Below, in pieces: positions 23,762 through 32,047 of a stretch of 64,000 bases of DNA; position 1 is the first letter of the stretch; each line of letters begins with the position of its first letter. This stretch comes from Escherichia coli O127:H6 str. E2348/69 (GTDB lineage: Bacteria; Pseudomonadota; Gammaproteobacteria; Enterobacterales; Enterobacteriaceae), in the NCBI RefSeq assembly GCF_000026545.1, contig NC_011601.1; one strand, written 5' to 3'. Under the pieces are notes generated by a model. It worked only from the letters and a program-made list of their open reading frames with translations, was not told where the DNA came from and searched no databases. Both the position numbers and the translations under genes were made by a program.

Positions 23762-24694
23762 ATGTTAGATGCAAACAAATTACAGCAGGCAGTGGATCAG
23801 GCTTACACCCAATTTCACTCACTTAACGGCGGACAAAATGCCGACTACATTCCCTTTCTGGCGAATGTACCTGGTCAACTGGCAGCAGTGGCTATTGTGA
23901 CCTGCGATGGCAACATCTATCGCGCGGGTGATAGTGATTACCGCTTTGCGCTGGAATCCATCTCGAAAGTCTGTACGTTAGCCCTTGCGTTAGAAGATGT
24001 CGGCCCGCAGGCGGTACAGGACAAAGTTGGCGCTGACCCGACCGGATTGCCCTTTAACTCAGTTATCGCCTTAGAGTTGCATGGCGGCAAACCGCTTTCG
24101 CCACTGGTAAATGCTGGCGCTATTGCCACCACCAGCCTGATTAACGCTGAAAATACTGAACAACGCTGGCAGCGAATTTTACATATCCAACAACAACTGG
24201 CTGGTGAGCAGGTAGCGCTCTCTGATGAAGTCAACCAGTCGGAACAAACAACCAACTTCCATAACCGGGCCATTGCCTGGCTGCTGTACTCCGCCGGATA
24301 TCTCTATTGTGATGCAATGGAAGCCTGTGACGTGTACACCCGTCAGTGCTCCACGCTCATCAATACTATTGAACTGGCAACGCTTGGCGCGACGCTGGCG
24401 GCGGGTGGTGTGAATCCGCTGACGCATAAACGCGTTCTTCAGGCCGACAACGTGCCGTACATTCTGGCTGAAATGATGATGGAAGGGCTGTATGGTCGCT
24501 CTGGTGACTGGGCGTATCGCGTTGGTTTACCGGGCAAAAGCGGTGTAGGTGGCGGTATTCTGGCGGTCGTCCCTGGCGTGATGGGAATTGCCGCGTTCTC
24601 ACCACCGCTGGACGAAGAAGGCAACAGTGTTCGCGGTCAAAAAATGGTGGCATCGGTCGCTAAGCAACTCGGCTATAACGTGTTTAAGGGCTGA
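23762..24694 (+). CDS. glsA: Glutaminase 1
   Basis: 310 aa of the serine-dependent glutaminase family (SISKV motif); syntenic (ybaS). Confidence 0.95.
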   Translation: MLDANKLQQAVDQAYTQFHSLNGGQNADYIPFLANVPGQLAAVAIVTCDGNIYRAGDSDYRFALESISKVCTLALALEDVGPQAVQDKVGADPTGLPFNSVIALELHGGKPLSPLVNAGAIATTSLINAENTEQRWQRILHIQQQLAGEQVALSDEVNQSEQTTNFHNRAIAWLLYSAGYLYCDAMEACDVYTRQCSTLINTIELATLGATLAAGGVNPLTHKRVLQADNVPYILAEMMMEGLYGRSGDWAYRVGLPGKSGVGGGILAVVPGVMGIAAFSPPLDEEGNSVRGQKMVASVAKQLGYNVFKG

Positions 24695-24696
24695 TC

Positions 24697-25989
24697 ATGA
24701 TGAACACGGAAGGTAATAACGGTAACAAACCCCTCGGTCTATGGAACGTCGTTTCCATCGGTATTGGGGCAATGGTGGGGGCGGGGATCTTCGCGCTGCT
24801 GGGTCAGGCTGCGTTGCTAATGGAAGCCTCGACCTGGGTCGCCTTTGCTTTTGGCGGTATTGTGGCGATGTTTTCCGGTTATGCCTATGCGCGTCTGGGG
24901 GCGAGCTATCCCAGCAATGGCGGTATTATCGACTTCTTTCGTCGCGGATTAGGCAACGGCGTCTTTTCGCTGGCGCTCTCGTTATTGTACCTGTTGACGC
25001 TGGCGGTGAGCATCGCCATGGTCGCCCGTGCTTTTGGCGCTTATGCCGTGCAGTTTTTGCATGAAGGCAGTCAGGAGGAGCACCTTATATTGCTCTACGC
25101 GTTGGGGAGCATTGCGGTGATGACGCTTTTCAACTCCTTAAGCAACCATGCAGTAGGGCGGCTGGAAGTGATCCTCGTCGGCATTAAAATGATGATTCTG
25201 TTATTGCTGATTATTGCCGGTGTCTGGTCGCTGCAACCGGCGCATATTTCCGTCTCTGCGCCCCCCAGCTCCGGTGCGTTCTTCTCCTGTATCGGGATAA
25301 CCTTCCTTGCCTATGCGGGCTTTGGCATGATGGCGAACGCGGCGGATAAAGTGAAAGATCCGCAGGTCATTATGCCACGGGCGTTTCTGGTGGCGATTGG
25401 CGTTACCACGTTGCTTTATATCTCGCTGGCGCTGGTTTTGCTTAGCGATGTATCGGCATTAGAGTTAGAAAAATATGCCGATACCGCCGTAGCGCAGGCT
25501 GCTTCTCCGCTGCTCGGGCATGTGGGTTATGTGATCGTCGTCATCGGCGCTTTACTGGCGACGGCTTCAGCCATCAACGCGAACCTGTTCGCCGTGTTTA
25601 ACATCATGGACAACATGGGCAGCGAACGCGAACTGCCGAAGCTAATGAATAAATCCCTGTGGCGGCAGAGTACCTGGGGCAACATCATTGTCGTGGTGTT
25701 GATTATGCTGATGACGGCGGCGCTGAATTTAGGCTCACTCGCCAGCGTTGCCAGCGCCACCTTTTTGATTTGCTATCTGGCGGTGTTTGTGGTGGCGATC
25801 CGCCTGCGTCATGATATTCACGCCTCGTTGCCGATTCTTATCGTAGGTACGTTGGTGATGTTGTTGGTGATCGTTGGCTTTATCTACAGTCTCTGGTCCC
25901 AGGGCAGCCGTGCGCTGATATGGATTATTGGCGCACTCTTACTCAGCCTTATTGTGGCAATGGTCATGAAGCGCAATAAAACCGTATAA
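24697..25989 (+). CDS. ybaT: APC-family amino acid permease YbaT
   Basis: 430 aa, polytopic; starts 3 nt after the glsA stop. Confidence 0.92.
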   Translation: MMNTEGNNGNKPLGLWNVVSIGIGAMVGAGIFALLGQAALLMEASTWVAFAFGGIVAMFSGYAYARLGASYPSNGGIIDFFRRGLGNGVFSLALSLLYLLTLAVSIAMVARAFGAYAVQFLHEGSQEEHLILLYALGSIAVMTLFNSLSNHAVGRLEVILVGIKMMILLLLIIAGVWSLQPAHISVSAPPSSGAFFSCIGITFLAYAGFGMMANAADKVKDPQVIMPRAFLVAIGVTTLLYISLALVLLSDVSALELEKYADTAVAQAASPLLGHVGYVIVVIGALLATASAINANLFAVFNIMDNMGSERELPKLMNKSLWRQSTWGNIIVVVLIMLMTAALNLGSLASVASATFLICYLAVFVVAIRLRHDIHASLPILIVGTLVMLLVIVGFIYSLWSQGSRALIWIIGALLLSLIVAMVMKRNKTV

Positions 25990-26113
25990 CATCTCTCTGT
26001 GCGCAGTACTTCCTGTATTATTGTGGTGGCGGTCGATATTCGCACTGGCAAAAAAACGTGCTTGAATATTTGTTGAAACCCTTTAACAAAGCACAGGAGG
26101 CGTTGCGCGAACG

Positions 26114-26521
26114 ATGAACATTAGCGATGTAGCAAAAATTACCGGCCTGACCAGCAAAGCCATTCGCTTCTATGAAGAGAAGGGGCTGGTGACGCCGCCG
26201 ATGCGCAGCGAAAACGGTTATCGCACCTACACGCAGCAGCATCTCAACGAACTGACCTTACTGCGCCAGGCACGCCAGGTGGGCTTTAACCTGGAGGAGA
26301 GCGGCGAACTGGTGAATCTGTTTAACGATCCGCAGCGTCACAGCGCCGACGTCAAACGTCGTACGCTGGAGAAAGTAGCGGAGATCGAACAGCATATCGA
26401 AGAACTGCAATCCATGCGTAACCAGCTGCTGGCGCTGGCGAATGCCTGTCCCGGTGATGACAGCGCCGACTGCCCGATTATCGAAAATCTCTCCGGCTGC
26501 TGTCATCATCGGGCGGGGTGA
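26114..26521 (+). CDS. cueR: MerR-family Cu(I)-responsive regulator CueR
   Basis: 135 aa, with an N-terminal MerR HTH and the C-terminal Cu-binding cysteines ([12 protein letters not shown]). Confidence 0.97.
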   Translation: MNISDVAKITGLTSKAIRFYEEKGLVTPPMRSENGYRTYTQQHLNELTLLRQARQVGFNLEESGELVNLFNDPQRHSADVKRRTLEKVAEIEQHIEELQSMRNQLLALANACPGDDSADCPIIENLSGCCHHRAG

Positions 26522-27282
26522 TTAAGGCTTGCGAAAATAGTCGTCCATTATTTTCGTCAGCTCCGGACGTTCCCCGTCATCATTGATGGCAAAATCCAGA
26601 AAAAAAGCATCTGCTTGCGGCGTTCGGTTTTGCGCCATCAACCGGAAGGTGAGGGGGCCTGACCAGGTTTCGGATGGGCTGATGTGCTTATCAGGGCCGA
26701 AACTCTCCCATGCGTTGGGCGGTAATGTTTTGCACGCGGTGAGTTTTGGTATGTGGTATTGCAGCTCTGTTTTGTGCAGACATTCCCCGCCAGGAAATAC
26801 CAGGGTTTGTTGCTCATCATTAAAATGGGTTGCCGTGCTGAGCACCAGTGTTTTGAGCGGTCGCCCTTCCAGCGCGGCGGCAGTAGCCTTATGGTGTCCG
26901 TCGAGCAGAACGCAGAGATAGGAATCAGGGAGATACCAGGCCAGAGCGCGGGCGATTCCAGTTTTCGAGAGCAGACAAAAACCGGGCGGCTCCCTGTTCA
27001 TCCTCCGCAAAACCGCTGTAGACAAATTCCGCACAGGTAGGGCAATCAGCCTCGGACCAGAAACGTATTAACGGGACATCCTTGCCAGCAGAGCGAATGG
27101 ATAAGACCGTGCGAGTGCGGATCGTAAATCACACATTGACGCAGAAATCCTTTCCCGGACTTCACCGAAAAAATGACGCCCGCAGCGGTATTTTTCAGCA
27201 GACGTACTTCAGGTTTTCGAAAGGGGAAAAAGCATGGCCACTCCTTAGCCAAAATTTCAGTTCCCTGAACTGTGCCAGAAAA
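26522..27282 (-). pseudogene. Degraded gene of unknown family: a 170-codon GTG-initiated ORF (26522-27034) plus an upstream 68-codon fragment (27046-27252) in another frame
   Basis: Neither piece has an ATG start with a well-placed SD. The upstream frame is open from 27282 and ends at a TGA (27046-27048). Reading through that stop gives LPYLCGICLQRFCGG before a second stop, and the downstream ORF continues in a different frame. This suggests at least two lesions. The product contains YLCVLLDGHHKATAAALEGRPLKTLVL. Confidence 0.45.
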
Positions 27283-27323
27283 TTACGCTGGTGACTATTG
27301 CTCTGGAAATGGAAACGGTGTCC

Positions 27324-27530
27324 TTACCCATTAATCCCCGTTTGCACCGAAAGAATATGCTGCAAACTTTCTACCATTATGCGCCCCGACTGAAATAAGC
27401 CTTCCTGGATTTCGTTGTTAACATTCACAGCGTGAACCAGGGAGGCTAATAACACCACTTGCAAGAAGGCAAAAATAAACGCACCGATAATCATAATATG
27501 CGTCAGGGGGATTTTCCTTTGCTCCTTCAT
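27324..27530 (-). CDS. Small single-pass membrane protein (68 aa), translationally coupled to the upstream lipoprotein gene
   Basis: Its ATG overlaps the lipoprotein stop (AAATGAAG). It has one hydrophobic helix, IMIIGAFIFAFLQVVLLASLV, preceded by basic residues. Confidence 0.6.
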   Translation of the reverse strand: MKEQRKIPLTHIMIIGAFIFAFLQVVLLASLVHAVNVNNEIQEGLFQSGRIMVESLQHILSVQTGING

Positions 27531-27949
27531 TTTAAATAACCCACAAACTGGCCTTCTTTCATTAAGGCGACTTTTCCTGTGTGATGATAAACAATGACAT
27601 TATACAGACCCGACTGATAAACAGTAGCATCTTTATTGTCTTCATCAATTACACATAATGAATCATTGAGATAAGCAAAGTTCTTACTGCTCATTCTAAA
27701 GGTCATGCCAAATCCTTTATAAATGGCTTTCTTTGCCGCCTGGGCATGTTGTGCGGCTTCTGCATTTTTAAATGCCTGCGCCTCGGATGCACTTAAAATA
27801 GCCGTCTGACGCTGTTGTTCTGCGAGGTAACAGGTGTCATGGCTGACGCCCTGCGCCTGGCAATCTGCGATGCGGGAAGTGGGTGAACTACAGCCAGCCA
27901 GTAATATAACCGCCAGCAGGGAAAACGATTTAATGGAGCTATTCATCAT
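27527..27949 (-). CDS. Lipoprotein (140 aa), unknown function
   Basis: Signal peptide with the lipobox LLAG-C (Cys20, +2 Ser). A TAAGGT SD-like sequence lies upstream. The gene starts 53 nt downstream of the autotransporter gene on the same strand. Confidence 0.75.
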   Translation of the reverse strand: MMNSSIKSFSLLAVILLAGCSSPTSRIADCQAQGVSHDTCYLAEQQRQTAILSASEAQAFKNAEAAQHAQAAKKAIYKGFGMTFRMSSKNFAYLNDSLCVIDEDNKDATVYQSGLYNVIVYHHTGKVALMKEGQFVGYLK

Positions 27950-28002
27950 TGTTAACCTTAAATAATGTGCGGAAAATTGCGAATAAGAAATTGCTGTTAA
28001 AA

Positions 28003-29019
28003 TTAGAACGAATATCCCACGCCGACACCCGCACCGAAATCAGATTGTGTATCCGCAGAAATACCTGCTTTAAGTACCGTATGCGTTCCGGCATTAAAAG
28101 ATGTTCCGACAGACACCGCAGATTCACCGTTAAAGGTTCCCGCTCCCGCTGAGACCATCATCAAGTCACCGGTTTTCACCTGTGGTTGTGAGGCGATAGC
28201 GATGGCAGATGCAGTTCCCGCATTGGCTTCTTTACGATTGTCCTCAACTTCGTTTTTTAGCGAACTGAAATGGTTATTGAGCGTGTTAATTTGCTGGCTG
28301 TTATCTGCAACCCGTTTTTGGGTGTTGGTTAACTGTTGCTGCGTTTGTGCGGAATCTTGTCTCAGACTTTCAATTTGCTCATGTGCCTGGACAGACTTCT
28401 GCGCCAGACTTTGCATTTGTTTATCGTATTGAGCCCTTTCTTTTTGCTGTTGTGCTGCCACATCGGTTGTCAGTGCATTCATTTTCTGCCCTTGTTCCGT
28501 GGTAGTGCGCTGATTAGCCTCATTTTGAGCCGCCAGCCTGGCATTAATCATCTCCTGATAATGCGCGGTATTTTGCGTATCTCCAGTCGCGGCGAGCGTT
28601 TTTTGTGTGGCTACGATCTGCGCCTGTTGCTCTGTAATTTGCGTTTGCTGGGCATCAGTTACCGTAGACTGTCGGGCGTTGATCATGCTCTGATAACGGG
28701 CGGTTGTCTGTACATCACCTGTAGCGGCAACGGTTTTTTGTCCTGCGTCAGGATCTGTCTGGACAGGGGGAGTCTGAGTGGTATCAGGTGTTTCAGAAGG
28801 GATGTAGTGATGTTCAGTCAAATAGGTATATGCAGCGGGGCTGTTGTCGGTGCGTTCTAAAAAGCGGGTAATCTTCTGCTCAATCTCCGATTGCGACATG
28901 CCCGAGTTAATGGCTGAAAGCTCTGTTGCCGCCGCTTCAATGGTATCACCAGCTAAAACAAAAGGGCTGGATGTTGCTGAAATTATGAGTGCCAGTAAAG
29001 CTACGTTTACAGTTTTCAT
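28003..29019 (-). CDS. Short, head-less trimeric autotransporter adhesin (YadA-like C-terminal membrane anchor, Gln-rich coiled-coil stalk)
   Basis: 338 aa, with the signal peptide MKTVNVALLALIISATSSPFVLA/GD. The C-terminus, ...NRKEANAGTASAIAIASQPQ...GDLMMVSAGAGTFNGESAVSVGTSFN...VLKAGISADTQSDFGAGVGVGYSF, is the canonical 4-strand YadA anchor ending in an aromatic residue. No YadA head repeats are present. Confidence 0.88.
   Translation of the reverse strand: MKTVNVALLALIISATSSPFVLAGDTIEAAATELSAINSGMSQSEIEQKITRFLERTDNSPAAYTYLTEHHYIPSETPDTTQTPPVQTDPDAGQKTVAATGDVQTTARYQSMINARQSTVTDAQQTQITEQQAQIVATQKTLAATGDTQNTAHYQEMINARLAAQNEANQRTTTEQGQKMNALTTDVAAQQQKERAQYDKQMQSLAQKSVQAHEQIESLRQDSAQTQQQLTNTQKRVADNSQQINTLNNHFSSLKNEVEDNRKEANAGTASAIAIASQPQVKTGDLMMVSAGAGTFNGESAVSVGTSFNAGTHTVLKAGISADTQSDFGAGVGVGYSF
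28537..28740 (-). repeat. Intragenic tandem repeat in the adhesin stalk (period 45 aa / 135 nt)
   Basis: QKTVAATGDVQTTARYQSMINAR (aa 94-116) is repeated as QKTLAATGDTQNTAHYQEMINAR (aa 139-161). The similarity is also visible at the DNA level. Confidence 0.8.
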
Positions 29020-29052
29020 TCATTTTCTCTCGATCAAAATAAGTTGCATTAA

Positions 29053-29069
29053 TGTTTCTATAAGAAACA
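29053..29069. promoter_or_regulatory. Inverted repeat TGTTTC-TATAA-GAAACA upstream of the adhesin gene (candidate operator)
   Basis: Read directly, 34-50 nt upstream of the adhesin ATG in an extremely AT-rich stretch. Confidence 0.4.
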
Positions 29070-29181
29070 AATAATATTGTTATTAAGAAATAAAATACGT
29101 TGCAATATGATCGAAATCTACGCCGCCATTTGTGTGATGTAAAGCGCATTTTTGTCTGTTGTAAGCGTAAATATCACCAAT

Positions 29182-29202
29182 AAGAAACAAAAAATGTTTC
29201 TT
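29182..29202. promoter_or_regulatory. Inverted repeat AAGAAACA-AAAAA-TGTTTCTT (candidate operator)
   Basis: Perfect 8-bp arms read directly. The same hexamer recurs at 29053-29069, around 29285 (CTGTTTCTGG) and around 29332 (CGTTTCTTTG). Confidence 0.4.
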
Positions 29203-29386
29203 TTATAAATTAAAAAGGAAAACATTTCGTGCTCTTTCAATGTAAAAAAGAGTAAAGACTTGTTTTGATAAGCGAAATAAATTCTGTTTCTGGACTAAAC
29301 GTGAACCGGTTCCTGATGTGTGCTAAAATGCGTTTCTTTGATAAATCTCAATTTTTAAGAGGTTTACGCCAGGCAGGAACATTTAA

Positions 29387-29749
29387 ATGAATGAATTTGA
29401 GAAGATTTTTAATGAAATGAATCTGGACCGGGCATTGCTACCGATCCTTTTTCGTTCGAACCGGTCAACAGTGTGGAAGTATTTAAGCGGCGATAGTACG
29501 GCTCCTGCCTCAGCTATGTCACTGATTATGCTGTTGCAGTTAATCCAGAAACGAAACCCCGATCTATTAGCCGAATGGTTAACGCTTTCTGATTTCACCA
29601 TTCCGCCAGAAGTTTACCTGGACCAGCCTGATTACTGGAAAGGGTGGGTGTATACCCAACACAAGGTCAATAAAAACGTCCTGGAATATCTAAAAAAACA
29701 TTATCCGGATGAAGACCAAAAAAGTATGGGTAAAGGCCGGGAAGAGTAA
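29387..29749 (+). CDS. Small putative DNA-binding protein (XRE/Cro-like HTH at the N-terminus), divergent from the adhesin operon
   Basis: 120 aa. The segment LDRALLPILFRSNRSTVWKYLSGDSTAP resembles the helix-turn-helix 'xxSxSTVxxWLSGxxxP' pattern. AGGAA lies about 9 nt upstream of the ATG. The C-terminal half is of unknown family. Confidence 0.6.
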   Translation: MNEFEKIFNEMNLDRALLPILFRSNRSTVWKYLSGDSTAPASAMSLIMLLQLIQKRNPDLLAEWLTLSDFTIPPEVYLDQPDYWKGWVYTQHKVNKNVLEYLKKHYPDEDQKSMGKGREE

Positions 29750-29771
29750 TTTTGCCTCTACTCGGCTATAT

Positions 29772-29857
29772 GCCGGATGCGGCGCAAGCGCCTTATCTGG
29801 CCTACGATTCGGGCATATTTTGTAGGCATGATAAGACGCGCCAGCGTCGCATCAGGC
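29772..29857. repeat. BIME (two inverted REP elements) at the right edge of the cueR-ybbJ island
   Basis: GCCGGATGCGGCGCAAGCGCCTTATCTGGCCTAC and GTAGGCATGATAAGACGCGCCAGCGTCGCATCAGGC. The second copy overlaps the last 6 nt of ybbJ. Confidence 0.88.
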
Positions 29858-30310
29858 GATGACCGCACGGATAATCAGCGTTATTCCTTCTATCGCAATC
29901 ACCTCAACATGCGTACCAGCGCCGAGATCCTCGCTGGCGCTGACAGGCCATGAACTGTCACCGACGCGCATATGACCGCGCCCGTTGACCAGCGGAGATT
30001 CCAGAACAAAACGTTGGCCAATCAACTGCTGCCCGCGCTGGTTTAAATGACTGTCGCTGTGCTTTTGTTCGCGCACCCGCCGCGACAACCATTTCCACCA
30101 CAGCCAGGCGGCGAGCAGCGTCAGGACGGCAAACATTACCCCTTGCCACTCCCAACCCAGCGGCAGCAACCAGACCACCAGACCGGTAATCACCGCTGCC
30201 ACGCCGCTCCACAACAGATAACCATTGCCGCCCAACATCTCGGCTGCCAGCAGCAAACCGCCGAGACTTAGCCAGAAAATATGTTGATGGACGACCATTA
30301 ACTCCATCAT
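29852..30310 (-). CDS. ybbJ: NfeD-like membrane protein YbbJ
   Basis: 152 aa; N-terminal TM helices and a C-terminal OB-like NfeD domain. It overlaps the qmcA stop by 4 nt. Confidence 0.92.
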   Translation of the reverse strand: MMELMVVHQHIFWLSLGGLLLAAEMLGGNGYLLWSGVAAVITGLVVWLLPLGWEWQGVMFAVLTLLAAWLWWKWLSRRVREQKHSDSHLNQRGQQLIGQRFVLESPLVNGRGHMRVGDSSWPVSASEDLGAGTHVEVIAIEGITLIIRAVIA

Positions 30311-31224
30311 GGCTGAGTCCGTTTGTTGGCGCTGTCTTTCACCAGCTCAGCAATCCCGGCAATCGACCCCATCAGGCTGCTGGCCTCTAATGGCATCATC
30401 ACCACTTTGCTGTTACTGGACGAACCGATCTGCTGTAACGCTTCGGTGTATTTCTGTGCGACGAAGTAGTTCACCGCCTGAATATCGCCGGAGGCGATGG
30501 CTTCAGACACCATTTTGGTGGCGCGGGCTTCTGCTTCAGCGGAACGTTCACGCGCTTCAGCCTGTAAAAACGCCGACTGACGTTCGCCTTCCGCTTTCAG
30601 GATTTGTGACTGTTTTTCACCTTCGGCTTTGAGGATTTCCGCCTGACGGATCCCTTCCGCTTCAAGGATGTAAGCGCGTTTGGTACGTTCCGCTTTCATC
30701 TGCGCGTTCATTGAAGAGATAAGCTCTGCGGGCGGGCGCACATCACGAATTTCAATACGGGTGACTTTAATCCCCCACGGGTTGGTGGCCTCATCGACAA
30801 TATGCAGCAGACGCGAGTTAATGCTGTCGCGCTGAGAGAGCATTTCATCAAGTTCCATTGAACCCAGCACGGTACGGATGTTAGTCATAGTCAGATTGAT
30901 GATTGCCAGCTCCAGATTGCTGACTTCATAAGCCGCGCGCGGCGCGTCAATTACCTGAATAAAGCACACGGCGTCGATGGTAACGTTGGCGTTATCTTTC
31001 GAGATAACTTCCTGGGAAGGGATGTCGAGCACTTGCTCCATCATATTGATCTTGCGACCAATGCGATCCATAAAGGGCACCACCAGGCTTAGACCTGGCT
31101 GTAACGTTTTGGTATAGCGACCAAAGCGTTCTACCGTCCATTGATAGCCCTGCGGCACGATTTTGACGCCCGCGCCGACAATGACCAGCGCGACAAAAAT
31201 GAGAATCGGGATAAAGATAATCAT
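30307..31224 (-). CDS. qmcA: SPFH/stomatin-prohibitin-family membrane protein QmcA
   Basis: 305 aa; N-terminal TM segment, an SPFH domain and an Ala/Glu-rich coiled coil. Confidence 0.94.
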   Translation of the reverse strand: MIIFIPILIFVALVIVGAGVKIVPQGYQWTVERFGRYTKTLQPGLSLVVPFMDRIGRKINMMEQVLDIPSQEVISKDNANVTIDAVCFIQVIDAPRAAYEVSNLELAIINLTMTNIRTVLGSMELDEMLSQRDSINSRLLHIVDEATNPWGIKVTRIEIRDVRPPAELISSMNAQMKAERTKRAYILEAEGIRQAEILKAEGEKQSQILKAEGERQSAFLQAEARERSAEAEARATKMVSEAIASGDIQAVNYFVAQKYTEALQQIGSSSNSKVVMMPLEASSLMGSIAGIAELVKDSANKRTQP

Positions 31225-31369
31225 CGGAAAAACCTCCTGTTGTACCGTCCATAATCAGCAAAATTGCTGCTTGATTAAACAAATTATACCTGATTACTGA
31301 AAGAGAGTTCCCCCTTATTCCTGCGAAGGATAAACTGTTTTTAGTAAAAATCAGAAAAAGGGAACAGCG

Positions 31370-32047
31370 ATGCAGGAAAATAGTCCTTTGCTTCAGCTAC
31401 AAAACGTAGGATATCTGGCGGGTGATACGAAGATTCTTAATAACATCAATTTTTCGCTGCGTGCTGGCGAATTTAAGTTAATTACCGGTCCTTCTGGTTG
31501 TGGCAAAAGTACACTGCTAAAAATAGTTGCTTCATTGATCAGCCCAACCAGCGGAACGTTACTGTTTGAAGGTGAGGATGTCAGCACACTAAAGCCAGAA
31601 ATCTACCGCCAGCAAGTCTCTTACTGCGCCCAGACGCCGACGCTGTTTGGCGATACGGTATACGATAACCTGATTTTTCCCTGGCAGATCCGTAACCAGC
31701 AGCCTGACCCGGCCATTTTTCTCGATTTTCTTGAACGCTTCGCTTTACCGGACAGCATTTTGACGAAGAATATCGCCGAGCTATCTGGTGGTGAAAAACA
31801 ACGCATCTCATTGATTCGTAACCTGCAATTTATGCCGAAGGTTTTATTGCTCGACGAAATCACCAGTGCGCTGGATGAAAGTAATAAACATAACGTTAAT
31901 GAGATGATCCACCGTTATGTGCGCGAGCAAAATATTGCCGTGCTGTGGGTGACACACGATAAAGACGAAATTAATCATGCGGATAAGGTGATTACACTGC
32001 AACCGCATGCCGGAGAAATGCAGGAAGCACGCTATGAACTCGCATAA
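31370..32047 (+). CDS. fetA: ABC-type iron exporter, ATPase subunit FetA (YbbL)
   Basis: 225 aa, with Walker A GPSGCGKST, the signature LSGGEKQR and Walker B LLLDE. Confidence 0.93.
   Translation: MQENSPLLQLQNVGYLAGDTKILNNINFSLRAGEFKLITGPSGCGKSTLLKIVASLISPTSGTLLFEGEDVSTLKPEIYRQQVSYCAQTPTLFGDTVYDNLIFPWQIRNQQPDPAIFLDFLERFALPDSILTKNIAELSGGEKQRISLIRNLQFMPKVLLLDEITSALDESNKHNVNEMIHRYVREQNIAVLWVTHDKDEINHADKVITLQPHAGEMQEARYELA

Noticed and set aside
26583-27040. Plus-strand ORFs (26583-26921 and 26753-27040) opposite the degraded gene next to cueR.
   Set aside because: The sequences are Cys/Ser/Arg-rich and look like translated noise. The minus-strand frame has more protein-like composition and a recognisable motif.
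29316-29390. A 24-codon upstream ORF (MCAKMRFFDKSQFLRGLRQAGTFK) whose TGA overlaps the ATG of the 120-aa HTH gene (ATGA).
   Set aside because: There is no SD before either candidate ATG, the region is AT-rich so short ORFs are expected by chance, and the peptide has no recognisable features.
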